Below, one piece after another: positions 43,495 through 54,150 of a stretch of 64,000 nucleotides of DNA (positions are counted from its first letter, which is position 1; each line of letters opens with the position of its first letter). This DNA comes from an uncultured Gammaproteobacteria bacterium (GTDB taxonomy: Bacteria; Pseudomonadota; Gammaproteobacteria; UBA9214), in the NCBI GenBank assembly GCA_963773065.1, contig CAVYZN010000017.1:1-64000 (forward strand). Direction: 5' to 3'. The notes beneath the pieces were generated by a model. The model did no database searches and had not been told where the DNA came from. It saw nothing but the letters and a program-made list of their open reading frames with translations. Made by a program: the position numbers and the translations under genes.

Positions 43495-43947
43495 TTATGC
43501 GGTGAGATATTCGGACAGAATGCGATATTGTTGTTTCCTTGCCTGCCCGGCGTTGTCTTCAGCGGTATCTATCGACCTGCAGGTCTCGGCCATCCGGCTG
43601 CTCATGGCCGCGTGCCAGGCGGAACCACCGGCCATCTGTCCCGCGGGTGAAACGGCGGCGGCGGCCGCGCGCGCCACGAAATAACCGGCCTGATCCTTCC
43701 AGTCGCACTCGGCGCCGCAACGTGCGTGGCTGTCGATAATGGCGACCTTCGCGGTATGCAGCGCCGTGGCCAGTTCATCGGCCGAGGCATGCGGGTTGGC
43801 GGCGACCTTAACCACGCGAGAAACCCGCTCGTCGTCGCAGAGCGGGAGTACGCTTTCAACAAAGCGCGCCGCCAGGGCGCGTTGCCGGGCAGGTTCCAGG
43901 CTCTCGAGCTTCTGCCTGAATTCGATGTCATTGCGTATCTCTGTCAT
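43495..43947 (-). CDS. Hypothetical protein inside the hyn operon
   Basis: Start overlaps the isp2 stop; RCGAECDW motif. Confidence 0.75.
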   Translation of the reverse strand: MTEIRNDIEFRQKLESLEPARQRALAARFVESVLPLCDDERVSRVVKVAANPHASADELATALHTAKVAIIDSHARCGAECDWKDQAGYFVARAAAAAVSPAGQMAGGSAWHAAMSSRMAETCRSIDTAEDNAGQARKQQYRILSEYLTA

Positions 43948-45230
43948 GATGGCCTCGCCTCGGGGTGTTTTTCACCCGCCAGGTGTTCCGCGATCGTTTC
44001 GGTCAGACTGATGACCGGTATATCCATGTGATTTTCCTCCAGCCCTTCCTCCAGTTGGATGCGGCAGTTGGCACAGGCCGTCACCAGCGCATCCGGCGCG
44101 ACGGCGTCGAGCTGGGCCTTCTTGCGCTTGAAGGCCTTCATCTTAAGCACTTCGGCGCGTTCATTGGCGCTGACGCCGCCCCCCGCGCCGCAACACCAGT
44201 TCATGATGCCGGTATCGGGCATTTCGACGAAGTTTTCCGCCACCATCTTGAGGAGATTGCGTGGCTGCTCGTACACGCCGCCCCGACGGGATATCTGGCA
44301 GGGGTCGTGATAAGTCAGCCGCCGGCTCTCCTTGCCCGTGGTGCGCAGCTTGCCGGCTTTGCGCAGCTCGTCCAGCACCTCAAGAATGTGTACCACCTTG
44401 AACGTATATGGCCGGCCGATCAGGTTCGGGCCCTCCCAGCGGATCGCCATGTAAGCATGGCCGCACTCGGGGCTGATCACCGCCTTGACCTTGAGCTTCT
44501 CCGCGGCCTTGACGATTCGATCCACCAGTACCGCCGCGATTTCCGACACGCCGATCTGGATGCCGCTGTTGGTGGCCTCGAAGGCCTCGCTGGAAATCGT
44601 CCAGGACACGCCGGTTTCATGGAAGATCCTGGCGATCGCGCCGATGTACTCCGGGAAATTCATGATCTCCATGGAAGACAGCGTGCATAGATAGTCCGCA
44701 CCCACGACATCGACCGGGATGGAAAAACCGATTTCCTCTTCCGTATGCCTGATCTGGGCCTCAAGGGCCGGGTACTTGACGCCCATCGGACTGCCAATGG
44801 TAACCGCGCGCTGGGTGGCGCCGATCAACCCCGGAGGTGCATGTCCGGAGGCGGCCATGCCCTCGCGCATCTTGCGGATCATGTAAGTGATGTCGTTGCC
44901 GACCGGACACACCATCGTGCAGCGTCCGCACATCGTGCAACTGTCATAAACCAGCGTTTCCCATTCGGTGAGTTCTGCATCGGTGACCGGTTTGCTCAAA
45001 CCCACTGCACTGGCGAGTTTGCCCCAGAAGGTGTACTCCTGCCGCCATACCTTGCGCAGCGGTTCGAGCTTGTAGATCGGGGTGTATTTCGGATCCCGGG
45101 TCTCCGTGAAAAACAAGCAGGCCTCGGCGCACATGCCGCAATGGACACAACTGCTGAAGAAAGACGCCGTCGGCGCGTCGATCTGCTCCCTGAAGGCATT
45201 GAGGCCGCGCGCCAGCGTCGGGCCGCTCAT
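43944..45230 (-). CDS. isp2: Isp2 Fe-S oxidoreductase (HdrD/DsrK-like)
   Basis: CVHCGMCAEAC, CTMCGRCTMVCP, YHDPC, CCGAGGG. Confidence 0.9.
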   Translation of the reverse strand: MSGPTLARGLNAFREQIDAPTASFFSSCVHCGMCAEACLFFTETRDPKYTPIYKLEPLRKVWRQEYTFWGKLASAVGLSKPVTDAELTEWETLVYDSCTMCGRCTMVCPVGNDITYMIRKMREGMAASGHAPPGLIGATQRAVTIGSPMGVKYPALEAQIRHTEEEIGFSIPVDVVGADYLCTLSSMEIMNFPEYIGAIARIFHETGVSWTISSEAFEATNSGIQIGVSEIAAVLVDRIVKAAEKLKVKAVISPECGHAYMAIRWEGPNLIGRPYTFKVVHILEVLDELRKAGKLRTTGKESRRLTYHDPCQISRRGGVYEQPRNLLKMVAENFVEMPDTGIMNWCCGAGGGVSANERAEVLKMKAFKRKKAQLDAVAPDALVTACANCRIQLEEGLEENHMDIPVISLTETIAEHLAGEKHPEARPS

Positions 45231-45886
45231 GAGTTCACCCCCCGATAGCCGGCAATGGCGCCGTTGTACCAGCGTGACATGAATAGCGTGAAGGCATGCG
45301 CCAGCTTGGTAAACGGAAAGGCGATCATCAGCAGTTCCACACTGAGTATGTGGATGGCGATCAGGGTCGGCGGCGGCAGCCCGATGCGGTGAAAGGCGAC
45401 ATAGCCGGTAATCACCGGCAGGATAGTCAGGAACCAGACGAAGTAGTCCTGGAAGCGGGACAGGAAACGCAGCACCGGATCCTTGATCCGGTGCAGCAGC
45501 ACCGCCACCAGCGCGATGATGGTAATGACGGCGGTTGCATCCACCACCGGGGTCGGCAATGCCGGCCAACTGATGCCCAGCACCTCATCGATGACCAGGA
45601 TGTGGGGCGCAAACAGCAGAATGGTGACGAACAGACCGGCGTGAAAGACATACCCGGAGACCAGGGTAAATGCCGAGCGCTTGAAGGTGCCGCTGTCGGG
45701 CCAGGTGCGCGTGATGATGGTACGCAAGCCGCCGGCGAGCGCCGATCCGCGCGCTTCGGCCAGATTGGGCTTCCTGCCGAGGATCATTATTTCCAGAATC
45801 CGCACGATGATTCCGACGACGAAAATCACCGTCGCGATCTGGAATGCCGGACCCCGCACCCACAGGAGAAATTCGGTTTCCGTCAT
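45227..45886 (-). CDS. isp1: Isp1 membrane b-type cytochrome (NarI/DsrM-like)
   Basis: About 5 TMs; FH..PH and HILS..FPFTKLAH. Confidence 0.88.
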   Translation of the reverse strand: MTETEFLLWVRGPAFQIATVIFVVGIIVRILEIMILGRKPNLAEARGSALAGGLRTIITRTWPDSGTFKRSAFTLVSGYVFHAGLFVTILLFAPHILVIDEVLGISWPALPTPVVDATAVITIIALVAVLLHRIKDPVLRFLSRFQDYFVWFLTILPVITGYVAFHRIGLPPPTLIAIHILSVELLMIAFPFTKLAHAFTLFMSRWYNGAIAGYRGVNS

Positions 45887-45889
45887 CGC

Positions 45890-46978
45890 TCAGCCCCCCT
45901 TCTCAAGGTCATTGATGGTGACTTTTTCATGCTGGCGTACCGCACGCGCCTTCCCGGCCCGGTACAAGGCACCCAGTGCGACGCCGGCGCCCACACCGGC
46001 CGCCGCGCCGTAGAGGGCCGTCCGCGCGGTGTCTTCCGTCGGAATGGACAGGGCATGGTAGAAGCCGCCGGCATCCCAGAAATCGGGCTCGGCGCAACCC
46101 AGGCAGGGATGCCCCGACTGAATCGGGAAGCTGGTCCCCTGGTTCCACTTGGTCGTCGCGCAGGCATTATAGGTCGTCGGACCCTTGCAGCCCAGTTTGT
46201 AGAGACACCAGCCTTTCTTCGCCCCTTCGTCATCGAAGGATTCGGCAAACAGGCCCTTGTCGTAGAACGGACGGCGGTAACAGCGGTCGTGGATGCTCTT
46301 GCCGTAAAAAGCCTTGGGCCGGTGCAGTTCATCGAGTTCCGGAATACCGAAGGTCAGGAAGTGGGTCAGGACGCCGGTGATCACCACCGGGATGGGCGGG
46401 CAGCCGGAAACATTGATGATGGGCTTGTCCTTGATCAAGTCGGAAACCGACACCGCGCCGGTGGGGTTGGGCCTGGCATGGGGGATACCGCCAAATGAGG
46501 CGCAACTGCCGATTGCAACGATGGCGGCCGCACCCGCCGCAGCTTCCATGAGCATGTCGACGTTGCTGATGCCGGCAATGGTCGAGTAACCGGGATTCGC
46601 GGTGGGTATTGAGCCATCGACCACCAATACATACTTGCCCCAGTTTTCCTTCATGGCGGACTCACGGGCATCCTCTGCCCCGGTACCGGAGGCGGCCTGC
46701 AGGGTATGGTGATAGTCGAGCGAAATGGTATTGAATATCAGATCCTCGACCGAGGCGGCATCACTTCGCGTCAGGGACTCCGTGCAGCCGGTACATTCCT
46801 GAAAGGACAGCCAGATCACCGAAGGCCGGCGGGCTTTCTCCAGGGCGGCCGCGATGACCGGGACCATGCCGGGCGGCAAGGCCAGCAATGAGGCCGTGGC
46901 GGCACAGAATTTGAGGAAACCCCTGCGGGAGATGCCCTGTTGTCTGAGTGTCTCGCCTAGCGTCTGGTCCGTTTTCAT
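45890..46978 (-). CDS. hynS: [NiFe]-hydrogenase small subunit
   Basis: SRRGFLK Tat motif, ECTGCTES, GCPP, HDRCYRR, GCKGP. Confidence 0.95.
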   Translation of the reverse strand: MKTDQTLGETLRQQGISRRGFLKFCAATASLLALPPGMVPVIAAALEKARRPSVIWLSFQECTGCTESLTRSDAASVEDLIFNTISLDYHHTLQAASGTGAEDARESAMKENWGKYVLVVDGSIPTANPGYSTIAGISNVDMLMEAAAGAAAIVAIGSCASFGGIPHARPNPTGAVSVSDLIKDKPIINVSGCPPIPVVITGVLTHFLTFGIPELDELHRPKAFYGKSIHDRCYRRPFYDKGLFAESFDDEGAKKGWCLYKLGCKGPTTYNACATTKWNQGTSFPIQSGHPCLGCAEPDFWDAGGFYHALSIPTEDTARTALYGAAAGVGAGVALGALYRAGKARAVRQHEKVTINDLEKGG

Positions 46979-47064
46979 TGGTAAGGCCTCCGGTAACGCA
47001 CATCAAGGATTTTGGTTACACACTGTAACATTCAAGCATGAAACAATTTCCAGATTTATGAACT

Positions 47065-47481
47065 TCACGAGGCTGCGGTATCCATCAAGCGCGCCTTGAG
47101 CCGCTCAAGACCGGCGGCCATATCTTCGGTCTGCGACATCAGCAGCGCCGGGACGGCGGTGACCTCCACGAACTTCCCGACAATTTGATCGTCGCGATTG
47201 TAGTGGGTAACCAGCCAGACGCCCGGGAAGGACGTTTCGCGGATCTCGCTCGGCCCCAGCGCCGACAACGTGGCCCGCACCTCGCCCTCGCCCAGGGCCT
47301 GCTCGATGGCGACTTCCTCGCCCGGAGCCAGCGGAATGCCGCGCAGATCGATGACGGTCTCCTTACCCTGCTCCAGCAGTTGCGCGAGGGCATGCCGGAT
47401 CTCGTGCAGCAGCGGCTGGACGTTTAGGGTGCGGGTAACGCCGACCTCGATAGCGAACTCCGCCTGCTTCGACTGTGCCAT
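47065..47481 (-). CDS. Hydrogenase expression protein (HupH/HyaF C-terminal-like)
   Basis: IDLRGIPL, LGEGEV, ETSFPGVW. Confidence 0.85.
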   Translation of the reverse strand: MAQSKQAEFAIEVGVTRTLNVQPLLHEIRHALAQLLEQGKETVIDLRGIPLAPGEEVAIEQALGEGEVRATLSALGPSEIRETSFPGVWLVTHYNRDDQIVGKFVEVTAVPALLMSQTEDMAAGLERLKARLMDTAAS

Positions 47482-47491
47482 GAGGGTTCTC

Positions 47492-48337
47492 TCAGACCTG
47501 CCTGACCGGCGGGCACTGCGGTTCGGCGGACCACACCAGCAACGGGCAGTTGGCATGCCGGATCACCTCGGCGGTCACGGATTCTTCCAGCGCACGCCGG
47601 GTACCGGACTTTCCGTGAGTGGCCATGGACACGAGATCGATGCTCATTTCGTCAATCTTGTTGAGGATCTCACGTATCGGTCGCTTGTAGGTGGACATGT
47701 CCAGTGACACCTTCAAACCGGCATTGGCCAGCCTGACACTGTGCTCCTGGAGTGCGGTTTTGATGGCAGCCCGGTCCCCTTCCGCTTCCGCGCTCTCCAT
47801 TTCATCATGAAAGAGGATGACTTCCGAATCATGCGCCTTTGCGAAGACTTCAACGCAACTGAGAATCGCGGCCGAGGCATTCGACCCGTCCAGCGGTACC
47901 AGGATGCGCCGGAACAGGTCCTCCTTGCGTCTCTCGGCCGGTTCGACGCGTGAGCTGTGCAGTATGAAGACCGGACACGGCGATTGCCTGAGCACCTGTT
48001 CGGTTACGCTTCCTTCGCGGATCCGCTCCAGTCCGGTGCGTCCATGGGTGGACATCAGCAGCATGGTGGCGGGATTGAGCAGGGTGTACTTCACGATCTC
48101 GTCAACCGCATCGCCCATACGTGTCTCGCGTTTGACGCTCCAGCCGTCCTGACTCAGCGCGTCGTGGATATCCTGGATATGCGCATTGATTTCATCGGAA
48201 GGTACTTTTTGCCCGACCGGCAATACATGCAACAGGGTTATCACGGTATCACCACGGGGCATGATAGACGTGGAATAGAGGAGTATCTCATCGACAGACT
48301 CGGTACCATCCAGCGGGATAATGATCTTGTTTTCCAT
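47492..48337 (-). CDS. Tandem universal stress protein
   Basis: Two USP domains: IIPLDG/ILVPLDGS, MSTHGRTG..GSVTE. Confidence 0.92.
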   Translation of the reverse strand: MENKIIIPLDGTESVDEILLYSTSIMPRGDTVITLLHVLPVGQKVPSDEINAHIQDIHDALSQDGWSVKRETRMGDAVDEIVKYTLLNPATMLLMSTHGRTGLERIREGSVTEQVLRQSPCPVFILHSSRVEPAERRKEDLFRRILVPLDGSNASAAILSCVEVFAKAHDSEVILFHDEMESAEAEGDRAAIKTALQEHSVRLANAGLKVSLDMSTYKRPIREILNKIDEMSIDLVSMATHGKSGTRRALEESVTAEVIRHANCPLLVWSAEPQCPPVRQV

Positions 48338-48435
48338 GTCGCTATGCCCCTGTTTGACTGTAGCCGGCATGTCGTCCCACCCGTGCCGGCCGACGCTACC
48401 GGTTGTAACTAAATAATAGATACCAGCCGGACGCC

Positions 48436-48449
48436 ATGATCTGCATCAA
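48436..48449 (-). promoter_or_regulatory. FNR-like box upstream of the USP/hydrogenase cluster
   Basis: TTGAT-GCAG-ATCAT on the minus strand. Confidence 0.55.
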
Positions 48450-48462
48450 CAATGTTACTGAA

Positions 48463-48945
48463 TCAACCGCACCCGACTGCCCATCGCTCGATCAAATTCA
48501 GCGCCTGCGTAGCCACTTCCGGAAATGCCCGGCTGACAGGCGGGCTCGGCGCCTCCCCCCAGCAGAACATCTCGGGCTGGATCGCGATGAGGGCGCGGCG
48601 CCGGGGAAGGGCGTCCATCAATCTGGCGATATCCATGAGGTCGAGCAGACCGACTTCATGGACGCTGCATTTACCCTGGCCGAGAAACCGATCCATCTCA
48701 TTGCCGGTCATGCAGCGGACCGTACCCGGCGCTGCTTGCAGTTGCGCGGCGTCGATCACGATCAGATTGTCGACATCCTCGATCTCGCCCGCCAGAGTAA
48801 AACTCAGGGTGCCGCCATCCAGATAGTGAACGCCGGGGATTTCCGGGTGACGGCTGCGCAGATACTCCAGCGCATGAACGCCCGCCCCTTCATCCGAGAG
48901 CAGCGTATTCCCGATGCCCAGTATCAGCGTATGATTCCTCGCCAA
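48463..48945 (-). CDS. Hydrogenase maturation protease (HyaD/HupD family)
   Basis: LGIGNTLLSDEGAG, DGGT, SVHEVGL. Confidence 0.92.
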   Translation of the reverse strand: MARNHTLILGIGNTLLSDEGAGVHALEYLRSRHPEIPGVHYLDGGTLSFTLAGEIEDVDNLIVIDAAQLQAAPGTVRCMTGNEMDRFLGQGKCSVHEVGLLDLMDIARLMDALPRRRALIAIQPEMFCWGEAPSPPVSRAFPEVATQALNLIERWAVGCG

Positions 48946-49115
48946 CGGTAGGATTCCTTGTCCTGACGGCGCCGTGTATCCGCCGCTTGGCGGAGACTCA
49001 TGTTTTTAGTGTTTCTACTATACTGTCAATTTCCGCACAAATTGGCTACGATAAACATTTAGACGCTTTGACCAGTAAAAGCAAGTCGTACAATGAAAAC
49101 GGAGGCAGCCCTGCC

Positions 49116-49346
49116 ATGTGCCTGGGGATTCCAATGCAAATCGTGGCGATCGATGGTTACACGGCGCACTGCGAGGCCAAGGGGGTAAGGCGTGATGTCA
49201 GCCTGTTCATGCTGCAGGACGAAAATCCGCAGACGGGCGATCACATCGTGGTACATGTCGGTTACGCCATCCAGATAATCACCCCCCAGGAGGCGCGCAC
49301 CGCCTGGGAACTCTATGACCAGATGCTCGAGGGCGGCCATGCATGA
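49116..49346 (+). CDS. hypC: HypC
   Basis: MCLGIP...VHVGYA. Confidence 0.95.
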   Translation: MCLGIPMQIVAIDGYTAHCEAKGVRRDVSLFMLQDENPQTGDHIVVHVGYAIQIITPQEARTAWELYDQMLEGGHA

Positions 49347-49734
49347 GCTTTCCCTCTGTCAGGCGCTGATCGAACAGGTCGAGGCGATCGCCCGCGAGCA
49401 GGCGGCGCAAGAGGTACTTCTGATTCATCTGGCCATAGGCCCGCTATCCGGCGTGGAGCCACGGTTACTGGAGCAGGCCTTGCCCTTCGCCAGTGCGGGA
49501 ACGATCGCCGCCGGCGCCGAGCTGGTGATCGATTACCTGCCGGTCAGGGTGCGGTGCCAGGCATGTGGCAATACAACAGAGGCCCTGCCGAGCCGCCTGA
49601 CCTGTGGAGACTGCGGGGATTGTCGTACCACCCTGGTAAGCGGAGATGAATTGCTGCTCATGCGCGTTGAACTCGCCGTAGCGGCCGAGAACATACGACA
49701 GGATGTCGCCCGGGAAACCCACGCGCGGTTTTAA
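49339..49734 (+). CDS. hypA: HypA
   Basis: MHELSL, two CxxC. Confidence 0.95.
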   Translation: MHELSLCQALIEQVEAIAREQAAQEVLLIHLAIGPLSGVEPRLLEQALPFASAGTIAAGAELVIDYLPVRVRCQACGNTTEALPSRLTCGDCGDCRTTLVSGDELLLMRVELAVAAENIRQDVARETHARF

Positions 49735-49811
49735 ATACTCGCCCAACGACCATGCCCGTTACTTCACCCGTCATTACGTTCGCAGCGGTGTATTTTTAAG
49801 GAGGACGCACG

Positions 49812-50639
49812 ATGTGTAACACCTGCGGCTGCAACTTGACCCACGGCAACGCCCACCTGGTGAAACCGGGCGGCAAGCTGTACCGGAGCGAGGGGGGACG
49901 TGAAACGGTGCAGGTTCTGCGGGGACTGCTGCACGAGAATGATCATGCCGCCGCCCATAACCGCCGGCATTTTGACAATCACGGAGTGCTGGCCATCAAC
50001 CTCATGTCGGCCCCCGGCGCCGGCAAGACCTTCCTGCTCGAATCCACCATCGACGCCCTGGGCAAGGAGCTTTCCATTGCCGTCATCGAAGGCGACCTCG
50101 AGACCGAGAACGATGCCGAGCGGATTCGCGCCCGCGGCGTGGATGCAATTCAGATCACCACCGGTACGGCCTGCCATCTCGACGCCCACATGCTGCACGA
50201 TGCCCTGCATCATCTCAACCTCGACGGCGTGGATGTCGTGTTCATCGAAAATGTCGGCAACCTGGTCTGTCCGGCGAGCTTCGATCTGGGCCAGCACCGC
50301 AACGTGATCCTGCTGTCGGTGCCCGAAGGCGACGACAAACCGGCCAAGTACCCGGTCATGTTCCGCGCCGCCGACCTGGTGCTGCTGAGCAAATGCGACC
50401 TGCTGGCGGTGCTCGATGATTTCAAACCGGAAAACGCCCGGCACCATGTGCGGAATCTTGCCAATCCGGCGCCGGTCTTCGAACTCTCGGCCAAGTCCGG
50501 CAGCGGCATGGCGCAGTGGTTCGACTGGCTGGGCGATGAAATCACCGCCGCCCGGCAGGCGGCAGCCGGTTCTCATACCGGTCCCGGCCATACTGCCGCC
50601 GCGATCCCGTCGGCCGGCACGCCGCTTCAAAGCACATGA
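49812..50639 (+). CDS. hypB: HypB
   Basis: MCNTCGC, GAGKT, ACHLDA, ENVGNLVCPA. Confidence 0.96.
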   Translation: MCNTCGCNLTHGNAHLVKPGGKLYRSEGGRETVQVLRGLLHENDHAAAHNRRHFDNHGVLAINLMSAPGAGKTFLLESTIDALGKELSIAVIEGDLETENDAERIRARGVDAIQITTGTACHLDAHMLHDALHHLNLDGVDVVFIENVGNLVCPASFDLGQHRNVILLSVPEGDDKPAKYPVMFRAADLVLLSKCDLLAVLDDFKPENARHHVRNLANPAPVFELSAKSGSGMAQWFDWLGDEITAARQAAAGSHTGPGHTAAAIPSAGTPLQST

Positions 50640-51764
50640 GCCTTACCGCCAGCCAATGGCTTGAGCGTATCCGCGCACTCCCGCTGCCGGGGCGCGTGCG
50701 GATCATGAATGTCTGCGGCGGGCATGAACGCTCCATCACCAAGGCCGGGCTGCGCGCCGCCCTGCCTGAGAGCATCGAGCTGATCCCCGGCCCGGGGTGC
50801 CCTGTCTGCATCTGTCCCGAAGAGGACGTCTACGAGGCCATCCAGATCGCCCTGCATGAGGACATCATCCTGGTGGCTTTCGGCGACATGCTGCGCGTGC
50901 CGGTGAATGCGCCCAAGCGCGAGCGCGCGCTCCCTGGAACAGGCCAAGGCCATGGGCGCCGATGTACGCCCCATCGCCTCGCCGCTGGAGGCCGTCCGGA
51001 TTGCGCGTGAAAATCCCGACACGGCCGTGGTCTTCTTTGCCGCCGGTTTCGAGACCACCACCGCGCCGGTCGCCGCCATGCTGGTCGAAGGCGCGCCGGA
51101 CAATCTTTTTGTCCTGCTTTCCGGCCGGCTCACCTGGCCGGCGGTCGCCCTGCTGCTCGATTCCGGCCAACCCGGCTTCGATGCGCTGGTGGCGCCGGGC
51201 CATGTCGCGACCATCATGGGGCCCGAGGAATGGGAATTCGTGGTGGGGAAACACGCCATTCCGGCGGCGGTCGCCGGATTCACACCGGTGAGCCTGCTGG
51301 CCGCGATGTATTCCACCCTGCGCCAGTTGCTGGCGGGCCGCTGCTTCCTGGACAATTGCTACCCGGAACTGGTCCGCCCAGGCGGCAATCGCAGCGCACA
51401 GCGACACCTCAAGCAGTCCATGGATGTCACGGGCGCCGCCTGGCGCGGCGTGGGCGTGATTCCCGACTCCGGCTTCGCGCTCAACACGGCCTACCAGGCA
51501 CACGATGCGCGCCTGCAGTTCCCGTCCCATGCCGATGCGGCACGCAAGCGCGCCGGGGAGATGCCCCCCGGTTGCGACTGCGCCCGGGTGGTGCTGGGCA
51601 AGATCTACCCCAATGAATGCCAGTTGTTCGGTGTGGCCTGCCACCCCCGGCATCCCATCGGACCGTGCATGGTCTCCGACGAGGGCGCCTGCCGGATCTG
51701 GTGGAGCGGCGGCATGCGTGAACCGCTCATCCGGCCAAACCGCCCGGCCGCCGCCGACGGTTAG
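50636..51764 (+). CDS. hypD: HypD (frameshift near 50925)
   Basis: VCGGHE, GPGCPVC, GFETT, GPCMVSDEGAC. Confidence 0.93.
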
Positions 51765-51795
51765 CCATCGCCGGGGCCCGCTGCATTCGGCAGCC

Positions 51796-54111
51796 ATGGC
51801 AGGAACGGCTTTCGCTATCAGCCCTTCATCCACCCTATCGAAAGACCCCCTGATCGAGGCCCGCCGGCTGATCGTGACCGGCCGGGTCCAGGGTGTCGGC
51901 TTCCGACCGTACCTCCATCGTCTGGCCGGCACGCACGGACTCAGCGGCTGGGCACGCAACCGCATGGGCAGCGTCGAGATTCACATTCAGGGGAAAGCGG
52001 CCGCCCTGTCCGCCTTTACGCGGGAGCTGCTCCCGCACGCCCCGCCACTGGCACGCCCGGCGCTCGCGTCAGACTCGCCGGCGGAACCCTGCGAGCTATC
52101 CGGCTTCTCGATCCTCGAGAGTGCTGACAGCGGCACGGTGGAGATTCATGTGCCGCCCGATCTCCATACCTGCGACGCGTGCCTGACCGAACTGAACGAC
52201 CCGGCCGACCGGCGCTACCGTTACCCGTTCATCAACTGCACCCAGTGCGGTCCGCGCTACACCCTGATCCGCAAACTGCCCTATGACCGTCCGAATACCA
52301 CCATGGCGGCCTTTGTCCTGTGTGCGGCGTGCCGCATGGAATACGCAAACCCGCGCGACCGGCGTTTTCACGCCGAACCGGTGGCCTGTCCTGCCTGCGG
52401 ACCGGCGCTTGAATTTCATTGCCGGAACCGCGACCCCGTGCACGGCAACCAGCCCGCGTTGAGCGCCTGCATCGCGGCCCTGCGTGACGGCCGGATCGTC
52501 GCCGTGAAGGGCGTCGGCGGCTATCACCTGCTGTGCGATGCCGGCAGCGATGCGGCCATCGCCCGCCTGCGGGAGAGCAAGCCGCGTCCGCACAAACCAC
52601 TGGCGGTCATGTTCCCGGCGCCGGTGAACGAACCGCTCGCGTACGCAGAGAACGCCGTGACCCTGTCGCCGGAGCACCGGCGGCTGTTGCTCGATCCCGG
52701 CCGGCCCGTCGTCCTGGCGCCGCGCAAACCCGGCTGCCGGCTCTCGCCCCTGATCGCACCGGGCCTCGACGAGATCGGCCTCATGCTGCCGTACAGCCCC
52801 CTGCATCACCTGCTGTTGAATGACATCGGATTGCCCCTGGTCGCCACCTCGGCCAACATCAGCGGCGAACCGGTGCTGACGGAAAACGCCGCCGTCGAGG
52901 AACGGCTGGGCCACGTGGCCGAGGCCTTCCTGCATCACAACCGGCCGATCGAACGGCCGGCCGATGATCCGGTGTACCGGGTCATCCGGGGCCGGGCCCG
53001 GCCGCTGCGCCTGGGACGCGGCGGCGCTCCGCTGGAACTGGAACTGCCCTTCAGGCTGGCCCGCCCGGTGCTTGCCGTGGGCGGGCACATGAAAAACACC
53101 GTCGCACTGGCCTGGCGGGACCGCGTCGTGGTCTCGCCCCATATCGGCGACATGGGCAGCGCCCGCAGTCTCTCGGTATTCGAGCGGACCATCGCGGACC
53201 TGCAGTCCCTGTATGGCGTGCGGGCGGCGGCCGTCATCTGCGACGCCCATCCCGCTTATGTGACCACGCGCTGGGCCGAACGCTGCGGCCTGCCGGTCCA
53301 CAAGGTGGCGCATCATCACGCCCATGCGGCGGTTGCCTGCGGCCCGGACCCCGGCGGCGCGCCCCGGCTGGTGTTCACCTGGGACGGCGTCGGCTATGGC
53401 GAAGACGGCACCCTGTGGGGTGGCGAAGCCCTGCTGGGCCGTCCCGGCGCCTGGCGGCGTATCGCCAGCCTGCGGCCCTTTCGTCTGCCCGGCGGCGAAC
53501 GCGCCGGTCGTGAACCCTGGCGCAGCGCCGCCGCGCTGTGCTGGGAGACCGGCCATGACTGGCCGGAGTTGCCCGCGGGCGCCGCCCTGCTGCGGCACGC
53601 CTGGCGGCGGGGATTGAATTCGCCACAAACCAGCGCCGCCGGCCGCCTGTTCGATGCCGCCGCCGCCCTGACCGGCGTGTGCCATGACGCGAGCTTCGAG
53701 GGACAGGGACCGATGCAACTCGAAGCCGCGTGTCGCGGCGTCCCCCTCCCGGTCGAACTGCCGCTCGAGCGGAATGCCGCGGGACTGTGGATCACCGATT
53801 GGGAGCCGCTGCTGCCCATGCTGCTTGACGCGGCGCGCCCGGTGGCCGAACGCGCCGCCTGCTTTCATGCCAGCCTGGCGGGCGCGCTCCGGCAGCAGGC
53901 GCGGCGCGCCCGGGAAGAGCACGGCGTCGACGGGATCGGGTTCTGCGGCGGCGTATTCCAGAACCGTATTCTCACCGAACAGGCGGCGGCGCTGCTGGAA
54001 AACGACGGCTTCAGCGTGCGGTTTCCGGAAGTCCTTCCGGTCAATGACGCCGGTCTGAGCTTTGGCCAAGTGATTGAATATGCCTTTGGCTGCCAGAGTT
54101 CCTTAGAATGA
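51796..54111 (+). CDS. hypF: HypF carbamoyltransferase
   Basis: GRVQGVGFRP, NCTQCGPRY, KGVGGYHL, HHHAH, NDAGLSFGQ; start uncertain. Confidence 0.95.
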   Translation: MAGTAFAISPSSTLSKDPLIEARRLIVTGRVQGVGFRPYLHRLAGTHGLSGWARNRMGSVEIHIQGKAAALSAFTRELLPHAPPLARPALASDSPAEPCELSGFSILESADSGTVEIHVPPDLHTCDACLTELNDPADRRYRYPFINCTQCGPRYTLIRKLPYDRPNTTMAAFVLCAACRMEYANPRDRRFHAEPVACPACGPALEFHCRNRDPVHGNQPALSACIAALRDGRIVAVKGVGGYHLLCDAGSDAAIARLRESKPRPHKPLAVMFPAPVNEPLAYAENAVTLSPEHRRLLLDPGRPVVLAPRKPGCRLSPLIAPGLDEIGLMLPYSPLHHLLLNDIGLPLVATSANISGEPVLTENAAVEERLGHVAEAFLHHNRPIERPADDPVYRVIRGRARPLRLGRGGAPLELELPFRLARPVLAVGGHMKNTVALAWRDRVVVSPHIGDMGSARSLSVFERTIADLQSLYGVRAAAVICDAHPAYVTTRWAERCGLPVHKVAHHHAHAAVACGPDPGGAPRLVFTWDGVGYGEDGTLWGGEALLGRPGAWRRIASLRPFRLPGGERAGREPWRSAAALCWETGHDWPELPAGAALLRHAWRRGLNSPQTSAAGRLFDAAAALTGVCHDASFEGQGPMQLEAACRGVPLPVELPLERNAAGLWITDWEPLLPMLLDAARPVAERAACFHASLAGALRQQARRAREEHGVDGIGFCGGVFQNRILTEQAAALLENDGFSVRFPEVLPVNDAGLSFGQVIEYAFGCQSSLE

Positions 54112-54150
54112 GACTTCGTGTGTACTACGCCAACCGTGCGGGAGCCAGCC

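Noticed and set aside
331-51764. Many apparent pseudogenes (HAD, sulfatase, GT4, YaaC, DUF1566, DsrE, fadD, tpm, hypD)
   Set aside because: Isolated small indels in otherwise intact genes, including housekeeping ones, point to long-read consensus errors rather than decay.
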